The notes under the pieces: model-generated
Told to the model about the DNA's origin: nothing
The model's database searches: none
What the model saw: only the letters and a program-made list of their open reading frames with translations
IMG/VR virus record: IMGVR_UViG_3300015371_000028
Location: 2,932 to 66,931 of that record
Reading direction: 5' to 3' (one strand)
DNA: 64,000 nt
Source of the DNA: a virus
Translations under genes and position numbers: made by a program
Shown: in pieces, positions 39,792-48,542 of the stretch
How positions within the stretch are numbered: the first letter of the stretch is position 1
Layout: each line of letters begins with the position of its first letter

Positions 39792-39971
39792 AAACCACGC
39801 CATGCCCTGTCTTACCGTGCCGGACCGCGCCGGACCGAACCGCGCCAGACCGTGCCATGCCTCGCCTCGCCTTGCCGGGCTTGACCTTGGCTCACCGGGC
39901 CTCGCCTCACCAGACCATGCCTCGCCTGACCTAGCCTGGGCATACCAAGCCTCGCCCTGTTATGTCATGCC
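39792..39971 (-). repeat. GGY-NN pentamer array B (36 units), candidate guide ncRNA
   Basis: 30 of 36 units canonical; starts at the upstream stop codon and ends in a T8 tract on the minus strand. Confidence 0.92.
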
Positions 39972-40225
39972 TTTCCACCTCCTCGCTTAATCGCGTCGGC
40001 AATTCGTGATAAGAAGCGATCTGGATATTTATCTGGTGCCCCTAAGAGGTCGTGATAATGAATTAGCTCAGAAATAAAGTCCTCACGGTCATCGGGATCG
40101 AGCCGTGCCCAATAGCCGATCAGAATCTCGCGCAACTCGTGGTTCGTCATATTGCGCAATCGGCAACGTACGAGATTGTTAGAACGTGTGTAACTTAACT
40201 CAACCGCAACTTCTGGCTTGTCCAT
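39965..40225 (-). CDS. Small hypothetical protein linked to the RAMP/array locus
   Basis: 86 aa, AAGGGG RBS, AT-rich codons; matched by array B. Confidence 0.65.
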   Translation of the reverse strand: MDKPEVAVELSYTRSNNLVRCRLRNMTNHELREILIGYWARLDPDDREDFISELIHYHDLLGAPDKYPDRFLSRIADAIKRGGGKA

Positions 40226-40231
40226 TGCCCC

Positions 40232-40642
40232 TTACCACTCCAATTGGAATTCCCGGTGCTGGATCGCGGCTCCCGCAATCACCAGGGAGAAGAATTCCCG
40301 GACACCGATGGTGATGGTGCCGTCGAGGTCATCGCCTTTGACTTCCCCGTTTAAGGTCAGGTTATTGCCCTCAACATCAACGTCTGCGGCCCAATTGCTG
40401 CCCGCGACGAAGATGTGATCGTTCTCGATGTTCAGCATCACGGTGAACGCACCAACGCGCCAGGAAATGTGATGCGGTTCAATCACGCGGGCGTTCATCT
40501 CCGCGTCCGTGGTTCCGTACACGATCTGGGCTGCTTTCAGTAACCGTGCTGCTGCATCAGCGGCGTGCGTTAGTCCCGGTGTCAGTTGACTCGACACAAT
40601 GTTGGTCCCCCAAGGACGAGCTACCGGTGGCGTCATGGTCAT
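40232..40642 (-). CDS. Hypothetical protein
   Basis: First gene of the leftward block; start uncertain. Confidence 0.55.
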   Translation of the reverse strand: MTMTPPVARPWGTNIVSSQLTPGLTHAADAAARLLKAAQIVYGTTDAEMNARVIEPHHISWRVGAFTVMLNIENDHIFVAGSNWAADVDVEGNNLTLNGEVKGDDLDGTITIGVREFFSLVIAGAAIQHREFQLEW

Positions 40643-40840
40643 GGAGAGCAGATTTCCACAAGCCAGTATGCCCCCTGAACGAAGGAATCGAGCGGCGCTG
40701 TATCGGTTTCCTGACAGCGCACACTCGATTCGGAGCGCCGAGCACGGGACCAACGTGCGTCTCCCGGCTGGAGGACCGGGCGTCTAGGGTACTGGACCGT
40801 CGGCGCATGAGACCGGGGTTTGACCCCCGACCTTGACCCC

Positions 40841-40869
40841 ATTGTACGTACGCCCACGATCAGTGTCAA
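40841..40869 (-). promoter_or_regulatory. Leftward sigma70-like promoter
   Basis: Minus strand TTGACA-17 nt-TACAAT; would drive the array/RAMP block. Confidence 0.65.
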
Positions 40870-40917
40870 GCACTAAATTTGAGCGCCAGCATGTACTAAA
40901 AGCACGGATGCACTGAC

Positions 40918-40946
40918 TTGACATACGCGTCTCCGCGTGATACCAT
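40918..40946 (+). promoter_or_regulatory. Rightward sigma70-like promoter (divergent pair)
   Basis: TTGACA-17 nt-TACCAT with an extended -10 TG. Confidence 0.65.
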
Positions 40947-41086
40947 TGCACCAGGTGGTGCAAGGTTGAACCAGAGAAAAGGCCGGTGGGGGCGAAGCCA
41001 CCGGTCCTTTCCAACGGGGAATTACCGAACGTCCCACCGAGGCACATGGAGCAGGACACGCTGAGTCTAGCAACGGGAGCGACGCC

Positions 41087-41350
41087 ATGCAACATCCTGA
41101 ACCCGCACGCGACGGCAAGATGATTCAATTCACTTCGTATCCCCGTGATGAGTTTCCGCCGCCGCGACCACGCTGTCGCGTCTGTCATCGCCGGTTGCGG
41201 TCGCAGCCGTGGAGCACGCTGATGATCGGCCCGATCTGCGCGCGCAAGCAACCGGCGTTACTGGCGATGATCCGCAACGAATTCGCGCAGGCAGACAAAG
41301 CACCAGAGTTTGCGAAGCTGTTGGAGAATACCGGGTTAGCGGTGTCATGA
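41087..41350 (+). CDS. DUF6011-like zinc-finger protein
   Basis: CRVCHRRL..S..IGPIC pattern. Confidence 0.65.
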   Translation: MQHPEPARDGKMIQFTSYPRDEFPPPRPRCRVCHRRLRSQPWSTLMIGPICARKQPALLAMIRNEFAQADKAPEFAKLLENTGLAVS

Positions 41351-41615
41351 GTTCGGCGCTGCGCTCGCTCTGGTCGAGCTACATTCCCAATCGGTACGGC
41401 GCGTTCGGGACGGTGTTGCGCATACCGCTGACACCGGGGCAAACAATGGAGGAAGGAATTGACGTATGGATGAACCGGTTGAACGCGAACGATTCAATGC
41501 CTCAGACCACCTCACTGACCTTCGGGGTCGGGCCTACCTCGAAGCTGCAACGGGGCAGTTATCCCTACACAACGAAACCGGCGCTGCTCGATAAGTGCTA
41601 AGAAAGGACAATTCG

Positions 41616-42299
41616 GTGGCTGAAGTTGAACGAGTACGATTTCGACCAGAGGACCACATCACCGACATTCGCGGCGCTGCCTATATCGAAGTGAAGTGGC
41701 GTTTAGTGTGGTGTCACGACTACGCGGAAGCTCATGGCTATCGTTTAGAACTGGATACGCAACACATCGCGATGGACACCACTTTCGCCGCGTTCAAAGC
41801 GACAGCGCGGTTGCTCGATGAGAACGGGATGGTCGTCAAGGCCGCATCCGGGTACGGCACCGAGCAATCGCAAGACTTCGGAGATTTCATCGAAAAGGCC
41901 GAGACGAAAGCGCTCGGTCGCGCCCTGGCCGCGTGCGGCTTTGGCACTCAGTTCTGCGAGGACTATGACTTCGGGTCCGAGCACGGGTACGTCGTCGATA
42001 GCCCAGTCGAGCAGCGCTCTGTGCGCACCAGCAGCGGCGGCAGCAATCGCAATGCGGTCGTGACCAACATCAACGGCGGCAGCCGGGGCACGCCGAACGA
42101 TCTTCTCACACCACGTCAGGCGAGCTACATCGAATCCCTCTTGAACGAATACGGCCAACGCGGGAATGACGTGAGCGAACACCTGCGCATCTTCGGCACC
42201 CTCTCCCGTGCCACCGCGTCACAGTGGGTCGATCAGATGACCAAAGAACGGGTGCTGCCACTCCTCCCAAAAGCACCGAGCGCGGCGAACCCGGCTTAG
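41616..42299 (+). CDS. Rad52/Sak-like single-strand annealing protein
   Basis: YIEVKWRL, ASGYG and EKAETKALGRALA..GFG motifs; GAAAGGA RBS. Confidence 0.7.
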   Translation: MAEVERVRFRPEDHITDIRGAAYIEVKWRLVWCHDYAEAHGYRLELDTQHIAMDTTFAAFKATARLLDENGMVVKAASGYGTEQSQDFGDFIEKAETKALGRALAACGFGTQFCEDYDFGSEHGYVVDSPVEQRSVRTSSGGSNRNAVVTNINGGSRGTPNDLLTPRQASYIESLLNEYGQRGNDVSEHLRIFGTLSRATASQWVDQMTKERVLPLLPKAPSAANPA

Positions 42300-42610
42300 A
42301 CCCCGATCTTCGGTCGCGCTTGGAAACCGATAACGATAAAAGCCGGGTGGTGTGGGGGAACATCGTCCGTCATGTGGGCGATGATAATCTAACGTGGGTG
42401 AATCTGATGGACATCGCGACCGGCGCGGCGCTCGTTGCGTCCGATCCGTTGGAGCATGCCTTCAAGTTCGCGATTCTCGCGGAGTGTGCGCCGACCGCAC
42501 AGTTCGTGGACATGATCTACACCAACGCGCGCAATTGTGGCGCAATGACGCCGGACATCGAAGAAATTGTCGAACGGCGATTAACGAGGGAGTTTAGTCG
42601 GACCACCTGA
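42224..42610 (+). CDS. Hypothetical protein
   Basis: Fills the operon gap; start uncertain. Confidence 0.45.
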   Translation: MGRSDDQRTGAATPPKSTERGEPGLDPDLRSRLETDNDKSRVVWGNIVRHVGDDNLTWVNLMDIATGAALVASDPLEHAFKFAILAECAPTAQFVDMIYTNARNCGAMTPDIEEIVERRLTREFSRTT

Positions 42611-42620
42611 GAGGGCACGC

Positions 42621-42908
42621 ATGGTCCCGAACATGCAGGTGCCGCTGTCGAAGAAGCAGAAACTCGTGCTCTACTGCTTGACTGACAACGCGGCACGCAA
42701 TGGCCCCGGTAGCGAACGGGAGGTTGTGATGCGACGCAAGCAGATCATGGATGCCACCGGGTTGTCCGAGCGTCACGTCCCCTATGTGTTACGGAAGCTG
42801 GAGTCATTGGGCTACATCACGACGATTCCGCAACGTCGTCCGGACGGCAGCGCTGATGCCAATTGTTACGTCGTCCACGATCTTGACGAGCGGAGAGCCG
42901 AAATCTAA
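42621..42908 (+). CDS. Winged-helix DNA-binding protein
   Basis: IMDATGLSERHV..LRKLESLGYI..ANCY. Confidence 0.7.
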   Translation: MVPNMQVPLSKKQKLVLYCLTDNAARNGPGSEREVVMRRKQIMDATGLSERHVPYVLRKLESLGYITTIPQRRPDGSADANCYVVHDLDERRAEI

Positions 42909-43390
42909 GCTGGGAGCGGGCGCTGTGGGACAACGGTCGCCCGGAGACAACCCTCTCCCTCCTGGCGATGATTCTTGCGCAACAGAGTCATCGTCGGCTC
43001 AACAATGCGCCGGGCCTCTGCAACGACCCGGCGCATTTCCCTTCCCTTGACTCCCGGTTGGCAGCCGAGGGAGTGGCCACATCATAGCAAAGCCGGATTG
43101 ATCTACGAGTTGCCTTGAACACTTGTCGGGTGTAGGCTACCTAAAAGCGAAACCCCAGACCGAAGTCTGGGGTCGCACGGCTCTTAAATTGTCGGACTCC
43201 AAAGGGGGCTACCAAAAGAGTCCTTAGCTGGGGGCTTGGGAGCACCCGTTCAGATGAGGGGCTGGGGAGCACCCTATCTGGTTTTCACACTACCACGTGC
43301 AAAGTCGTTTCGTCAAGTCCCTTTGTTGTTGCTCCCAGGCATAAGGGACACCGGGATTCGTAGCAAGCTGCACAAAAAGGGGGGCACATC

Positions 43391-44245
43391 GTGATCGTGA
43401 CGCAGAAGACCGTCATCGAGATTCTGTCAGACAACTCCGTTCCTCTGACCGCCCGCGTGGTCTACGTCAAGCTCGTTGACTACTGCACGAGAGAGCGCGG
43501 CTGCTTCCCCGGCGAACAACGCATCGCAGATGATCTGAGCCTTTCGCTTCGGACGGTACGTCGTGCGTTGCGGGAATTGATCGACATGGCGTGGATTAAA
43601 TGCACGCACCGTGGTGCAACAAAGACCAACGTCTACGCCTTGAATCGGTACGTCGATGGTCTGGAAGTGACCGGTCAAAATGACCCATCACATGCACGGC
43701 AAGCGGTCAAAATGACCGGTCATGATGGGTCAAAACGACCGGTCATGACCGGTCAAAATGACCGCCAAACTAAATTAGAAGAACGTAATAAAGAAGAACT
43801 ACCTACCGGTACTATCGTACCGGTAGCACCGCCCCCCGAAATCCCCAAACCAAAATCGAAGGCAAGTGAGAAACCTGCTCCCGCGAATTACGTGCTGATG
43901 TCAAAGTTCCATCAATTGCGCGGAACAGAAATTCCGGCGCGCGACAGCACATCGTTCGGAACCGAAATCACGCAAGCAAGTCGTCTCGTCAAAGACGGTG
44001 TTACCGCAGATGATCTTCCGGCACTGATCGAGCATGCGTCAACTTGGGCGAAGCGGGGAATCACGTTGGGCGTACTGGTATCCGATGTTGCTCAGTGGCG
44101 TGATAGCACGAACGGAAAGGTGCAGCCCACTAAGAGCAAGAATGAACGCGTGTTCGATGAGTTTTATCGCATGATGGGGAAGCCCCGCGACGGTGCTGCA
44201 ACCGTGAGCGATGTCTTTGAGGCGCAAGGACGAGTGGTGTCATGA
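43391..44245 (+). CDS. Replication initiator (N-terminal wHTH)
   Basis: CFPGEQRIADDLSLSLRTVRRALREL..TNVY; contains internal iterons. Confidence 0.8.
   Translation: MIVTQKTVIEILSDNSVPLTARVVYVKLVDYCTRERGCFPGEQRIADDLSLSLRTVRRALRELIDMAWIKCTHRGATKTNVYALNRYVDGLEVTGQNDPSHARQAVKMTGHDGSKRPVMTGQNDRQTKLEERNKEELPTGTIVPVAPPPEIPKPKSKASEKPAPANYVLMSKFHQLRGTEIPARDSTSFGTEITQASRLVKDGVTADDLPALIEHASTWAKRGITLGVLVSDVAQWRDSTNGKVQPTKSKNERVFDEFYRMMGKPRDGAATVSDVFEAQGRVVS
43673..43763. repeat. Iterons of a putative replication origin
   Basis: GGTCAAAAYGACC at 43673, 43705, 43728 and 43751, followed by an A-rich tract. Confidence 0.75.
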
Positions 44246-44793
44246 GTGATCGGCTTACTGAGGCGTTGGAGATTATGTTTGAGGTGATGCCGTCTTCGCA
44301 GGAAGCGACGCCCCGCATGATTGCGACCTACGCAGATCGCCTCAGTAATCTCCCTGAAGATGCGGTGCGCGAGGCGATTGCCCTCTTGATTGATACCAAG
44401 ACGTTCCGCCCGACGATTGCGGAGATTCGCTCAACCGTGGCAGAAACCAGTTTATTCGTGCGGAACAAGAAGATCGGGGAAGAGGCATGGCAGGAGGTAG
44501 TTCAGCAAGCGAGTGCGGTGGGCTTCACCGAAAACCGGCCAGAGTTGCGCGTCTTTTCGGGTGGTCGGTTCCACGACCCACCTAGGCCTATGTTCAGTGA
44601 CCCGATGATTGAGAAAGCGGCCTACCTCGTCGGGTGGCGTCGTATCTGTCAGCACGACGTGGAGAAAGAAGGGCCGTTTATCAGAAAGGAGTTTTTGCGT
44701 ATTTACGGAGAGCTTTTCTCGGCAGAAGTCCAGGCGTTGCAGAGTGGCGCAATAGCATTGTCGGAGGGCGAGGACAATGAGCGAGCCGTTTGA
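44242..44793 (+). CDS. Helicase loader/inhibitor-like protein (G39P-like)
   Basis: Follows the initiator; L..LP...VREAI..FRPTIAEIR. Confidence 0.6.
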   Translation: MSDRLTEALEIMFEVMPSSQEATPRMIATYADRLSNLPEDAVREAIALLIDTKTFRPTIAEIRSTVAETSLFVRNKKIGEEAWQEVVQQASAVGFTENRPELRVFSGGRFHDPPRPMFSDPMIEKAAYLVGWRRICQHDVEKEGPFIRKEFLRIYGELFSAEVQALQSGAIALSEGEDNERAV

Positions 44794-45292
44794 ATGGACC
44801 AGCAACCGGCCACCGACGCCGGAAGAGCAAGTGGCGATTCAGGATGTGTACGACCTCGCGGTGGGATTTATCAACGACGACACATCACTCGAAGAAATCC
44901 GTGCTGCTTCCACCGGAAAGCAACGCGCGGTGGCGATGAAGTTTACGAAGCACCCCCAGCACCCGATGAAACCGGCATTGCGGATGATGATTGACGCGTT
45001 GGTTGAGGACCAAGACGGCATCATCACGACTGAAAAGCATCTCACGTTCACGACTGCCGATCTTGCCGAATATCAGGCGATTCTGGTGACGAAGAACGGG
45101 CGGCGTGTGCTTCAGTTTCCGTTCAAACATCCGTGGGAGAAGAAGCCAGACAAGGATGGGATGGGCGGTGTTCGTGGCCGTCCACTCTATCGCGACAAAG
45201 ACGCGATTTACAACCGTGAAACACAGGCAGCACCGTACGAACCGGAGTGGTGGGAAGAAGAAAAGCCGCCGAATGACAACGAGTTGACATAA
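44777..45292 (+). CDS. Hypothetical protein
   Basis: GAGGA RBS; 171 aa. Confidence 0.6.
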   Translation: MSEPFEWTSNRPPTPEEQVAIQDVYDLAVGFINDDTSLEEIRAASTGKQRAVAMKFTKHPQHPMKPALRMMIDALVEDQDGIITTEKHLTFTTADLAEYQAILVTKNGRRVLQFPFKHPWEKKPDKDGMGGVRGRPLYRDKDAIYNRETQAAPYEPEWWEEEKPPNDNELT

Positions 45293-45617
45293 CAATCTAG
45301 CACGGGTGTAATGGGACCGGGAACCACCTGGTCCCATTCGCACGAAAGGGGGCAGCGCATGAAGGAGAAGCGCCGCCGATCCGACATCCGCGCGAACGCG
45401 GTTTCGTGTCAGGGCAAGACGGCCTTCGTCACGTTCGGGGAGGCCGAACGGAACCGGAAGCATCTGCGCTATGACATCGGAATCAGGGAGCCGATGACGA
45501 CCTATCGCTGTGAGGCATGTCATGCGTATCACATCGGTCGGATCGCGGAACAGCAGCAACGCAAGCGGCGGATGTTCCGTCGCTGGAAACGATGTCTGAT
45601 GATGGAGGCACAGGACA

Positions 45618-45956
45618 GTGAGCGCGGTACGGGCGGACGAGCCAAAAGCACGACACGATTTCGCCGCTATGTGGGGCGAAAAGAGCAAGAAGTTGGACGA
45701 GAATATCGCGCAATTCGTCGAATCAACCGGCTTGAAGTCGCGCCGGGATGCTGATTGCATGGACCCCCCGATTGCCAACGGCCAGCGCATGATCGTGATC
45801 GCCGGGGACGGAACGCGCAGGCCCGATCTGGTCGGGATTACCGGTAGCGTCGAGAAGAAGACCATCCAACGGCAGACCTACTATCTCTTCATGCTCGACA
45901 ACGGCGAAGTCGTGACCTCAGACGATGTGTGGTGGCGGCGTGAGTCGGGTGTGTGA
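45618..45956 (+). CDS. Hypothetical protein
   Basis: CAGGA RBS; coupled to the next ORF. Confidence 0.5.
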   Translation: MSAVRADEPKARHDFAAMWGEKSKKLDENIAQFVESTGLKSRRDADCMDPPIANGQRMIVIAGDGTRRPDLVGITGSVEKKTIQRQTYYLFMLDNGEVVTSDDVWWRRESGV

Positions 45957-46273
45957 TGACGGAAAAGCATCTACCGCTGGCAGAAGAACTGTTGCTGGTT
46001 TGCCCAGTGTGCGGAGACACCTACCAGCATCACACGACCGTCACGATCTTCGACCGGTTGGGCGGCGAGGACGGTCAGAGTATGGCCATGAACTCGGCGC
46101 ACGGAACGTGGGTGGCGATAGCGAACGCAGACAACCCATCGTCGCGCCGCGATGCGGTTCGGGTCCATTTCTGGGGCGAGTGCGGGCACACCTGGAGTCT
46201 CGATTTCGTCCAGCACAAAGGGCAGACGTTCGTCACCGCGAACCTGATGATCGGCGCTGAGACATCGACTTGA
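45953..46273 (+). CDS. Zinc-ribbon hypothetical protein
   Basis: CPVCG..NPSSRR..ECG..QHKGQT. Confidence 0.65.
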   Translation: MMTEKHLPLAEELLLVCPVCGDTYQHHTTVTIFDRLGGEDGQSMAMNSAHGTWVAIANADNPSSRRDAVRVHFWGECGHTWSLDFVQHKGQTFVTANLMIGAETST

Positions 46274-46298
46274 CATCGCGTCGGTTATTTGATAAGAT
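46270..46298 (+). promoter_or_regulatory. Sigma70-like promoter
   Basis: TTGACA-17 nt-TAAGAT with an extended -10 TG. Confidence 0.55.
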
Positions 46299-46330
46299 AC
46301 ACGTATACGAAAGTTAGGACAGGAGGAGCA

Positions 46331-46639
46331 ATGGCAGATCAGGAAACTTCGAGCGCGTTGACCGAGCAAGAACGCGCGTACATCGCATCGTTGCCGCCGA
46401 TCACGTACGTCTCCGCGAACGATCTGACGCCGGAATTGCAGGCGCGGCGCGCCGAGGACATGCGCAATATGTACTACGATCCGGAGAACCCGATGTCGAT
46501 GATTGACATCGGCATCGTCTACGGATTGACCCGCGAACGGGTGCGCCAGATATTCAAGCAATTCGACATTCCGGTCAGACCTCGGCCTGAGGCACGGGCG
46601 ATTGCCCAGCGGCGGCGGGAAAAGATCGCGGCAGGATGA
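46331..46639 (+). CDS. Sigma-70 region 4-like HTH protein
   Basis: IGIVYGLTRERVRQI; AGGAGG RBS. Confidence 0.75.
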   Translation: MADQETSSALTEQERAYIASLPPITYVSANDLTPELQARRAEDMRNMYYDPENPMSMIDIGIVYGLTRERVRQIFKQFDIPVRPRPEARAIAQRRREKIAAG

Positions 46640-46811
46640 GTTGGTCTGACTTCTTCTGGGGGCTGGTCATCGTAATCGCGTTGACGGTCTGGATGCGCGG
46701 TGTCAGTAACCACAACCACCGCTGGCATTTCTACGAGTACCTGTTCAGCGGGTGCTTGTTGACCGTGCTGCTGGTCGCCGCACGGCAGTTTTTTTAACGG
46801 GGAGAACCAAC

Positions 46812-47315
46812 ATGCGCTTCACGGCGATGTACATCGCAGACATCTCGCGACTGGGCGAGCAGTCGGTTGATGAGCTATACGACTCGATGGAGGGCAAAGA
46901 ACGCGCCGGGAAAGGGATCGTCGATGAGTGGATTGACGAGCACTTCAACAAGACCGTGCGCTGCATGGTCTGTGGCACCCGTGGTCGCGTCAACCCGAAT
47001 GACGACAACGATATGGTCATCACGATCAGCAGCGAAGGTGGCGTCATCATCGCTTGTGATGAGTGCTTGGGGATGTTCTGTTACACCGCGATCCTCGGCA
47101 TGCGCGACAAGCAATCGGGCGAAGTCGTCGGCAGGATCACGACCGATCTGGTCAAGCGCACGATCACCGGGGCCGAAGAAAAGCTGGCGAATTCGATGGG
47201 GGGGTTGATCGCGTTGCAGCAAGCCGCCAATCTGTACCAGCGAACGACGCGGGAGGACGATAGCCCGGAAGCGAAAATGAAATGGTTCGCGGAAAAGCTC
47301 AACTATCAGGCGTAG
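46812..47315 (+). CDS. Hypothetical protein (two CxxC)
   Basis: GGGAG RBS; CMVC..CDEC. Confidence 0.6.
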   Translation: MRFTAMYIADISRLGEQSVDELYDSMEGKERAGKGIVDEWIDEHFNKTVRCMVCGTRGRVNPNDDNDMVITISSEGGVIIACDECLGMFCYTAILGMRDKQSGEVVGRITTDLVKRTITGAEEKLANSMGGLIALQQAANLYQRTTREDDSPEAKMKWFAEKLNYQA

Positions 47316-47586
47316 GTTGCGGCGGAATACGCAGGGACATGGGCGCAGAATGCGGCGAGATTGTGGGCGCACATTGGAACGGGACATGATGGTCGTCAGA
47401 ACAGCCGATCATGAATGGCAACTGTTGCGCAATGCACTGGACGAGCGCGATGCGGCGAATGCGCGCGCCGACCATGCGGAACGCCGACTCCACCATGCGA
47501 ACCGTCTCTTGACGATTGCGTGTTGTGGTCTCGTCGGCTTGTGGTTGGTGTTCATGCTGGTGCTGCTGTCGTGAAAGGGCGAGTCG

Positions 47587-48063
47587 ATGAAAGTGACCAA
47601 GAAGCGCACCATCGGCGGGGTGATCGAAGTAGACAAATTTGACGATGCGGAGCCGGTGCGTCATGCGACGGTGGATTGGACCGGGTTGACGGACGCGCCA
47701 CCGGTTGAAGGCGCTCTGACCACCACGTTTCCGGTCGAAGATGAGGTCAAAGCCGCCGCGACGCTCGTCCGCGATTGGCTCAAACGCTATGAGCAATGGA
47801 ACGCGGACGCGATTCCGGTCATGCTGCGTCACGCGCATGTGCCTGACGAGACCAAGCACGAAATCTTTGACGCCTACCGCAACTCCATCGGGATATTAGG
47901 GTCACTCCAAATGGCGATGGACTTGATTATCAATGGCATGTCGGTCGAGGCTTTAGTCGATCCTGTCTTGGCGCGGGCGATGCGGTCGGCAGCGCGCACC
48001 GCCGACACCCCCGCCGACGAGGACTTCGAGGCCGACCTCTCCCGGCCTGACGACGGCGAGTAA
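47587..48063 (+). CDS. Hypothetical protein
   Basis: 158 aa directly upstream of array C. Confidence 0.6.
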   Translation: MKVTKKRTIGGVIEVDKFDDAEPVRHATVDWTGLTDAPPVEGALTTTFPVEDEVKAAATLVRDWLKRYEQWNADAIPVMLRHAHVPDETKHEIFDAYRNSIGILGSLQMAMDLIINGMSVEALVDPVLARAMRSAARTADTPADEDFEADLSRPDDGE

Positions 48064-48096
48064 CCCGGCATCCGTTTGAGCGTTCACATTCGCCAC

Positions 48097-48411
48097 GGTG
48101 TGCCGAGGCATGGCTCGGCAAGGCGGGACATGGCGGGGTTTGGCAGGGCATGGTATGGCCGGGCGTGCTCCGGTCAGGCGAGGCATGGTTTGGCCCGGTT
48201 TGGCGCGCTCCGGTTAGGCGAGTCGTGGTACGGCGAGGCAAGGTCAGGCGAGGCAAGGTCAGGCGAGGCGCGGCGCGGTCAGGTCTGGTGAGGCAAGGCG
48301 GGACGTGGTGCGGGAAGGCGAGGTCCGCTGAGTTGGGGCTTGGTTAGGCACGGCAAGGCTCGGCTCGGTAGTGCGTGGTAGGGCGGGGTATGACATGGCA
48401 TGGTGAGGCCG
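48097..48411 (+). repeat. GGY-NN pentamer array C (63 units), candidate guide ncRNA
   Basis: 52 of 63 units canonical, exact register, intergenic, GGY on the locally transcribed + strand. Confidence 0.92.
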
Positions 48412-48470
48412 AGCCGATCCCGTATGGGAACGTAACGTAACGCCGTACGGCGAGCAATATCGCCCTCGCG

Positions 48471-48499
48471 TTGACATTCTGATGTTATGAGAGTATAAT
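48471..48499 (+). promoter_or_regulatory. Consensus sigma70 promoter
   Basis: TTGACA-17 nt-TATAAT. Confidence 0.8.
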
Positions 48500-48542
48500 A
48501 CGTACGTGCGAACGCGCACACACCATTAGAAAAGCGGTTCTG

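Noticed and set aside
38686-39971. Calling the arrays CRISPR arrays or a simple microsatellite
   Set aside because: There are no 23-50-nt repeats with spacers. The NN positions are highly variable while GGY is fixed, unlike a homogenised microsatellite.
48097-48411. Decoded fragments of array C resembling the upstream ORF (NGM, VP..HEIF, KHE)
   Set aside because: Short and out of order; a statistical test is needed before it counts as a match.
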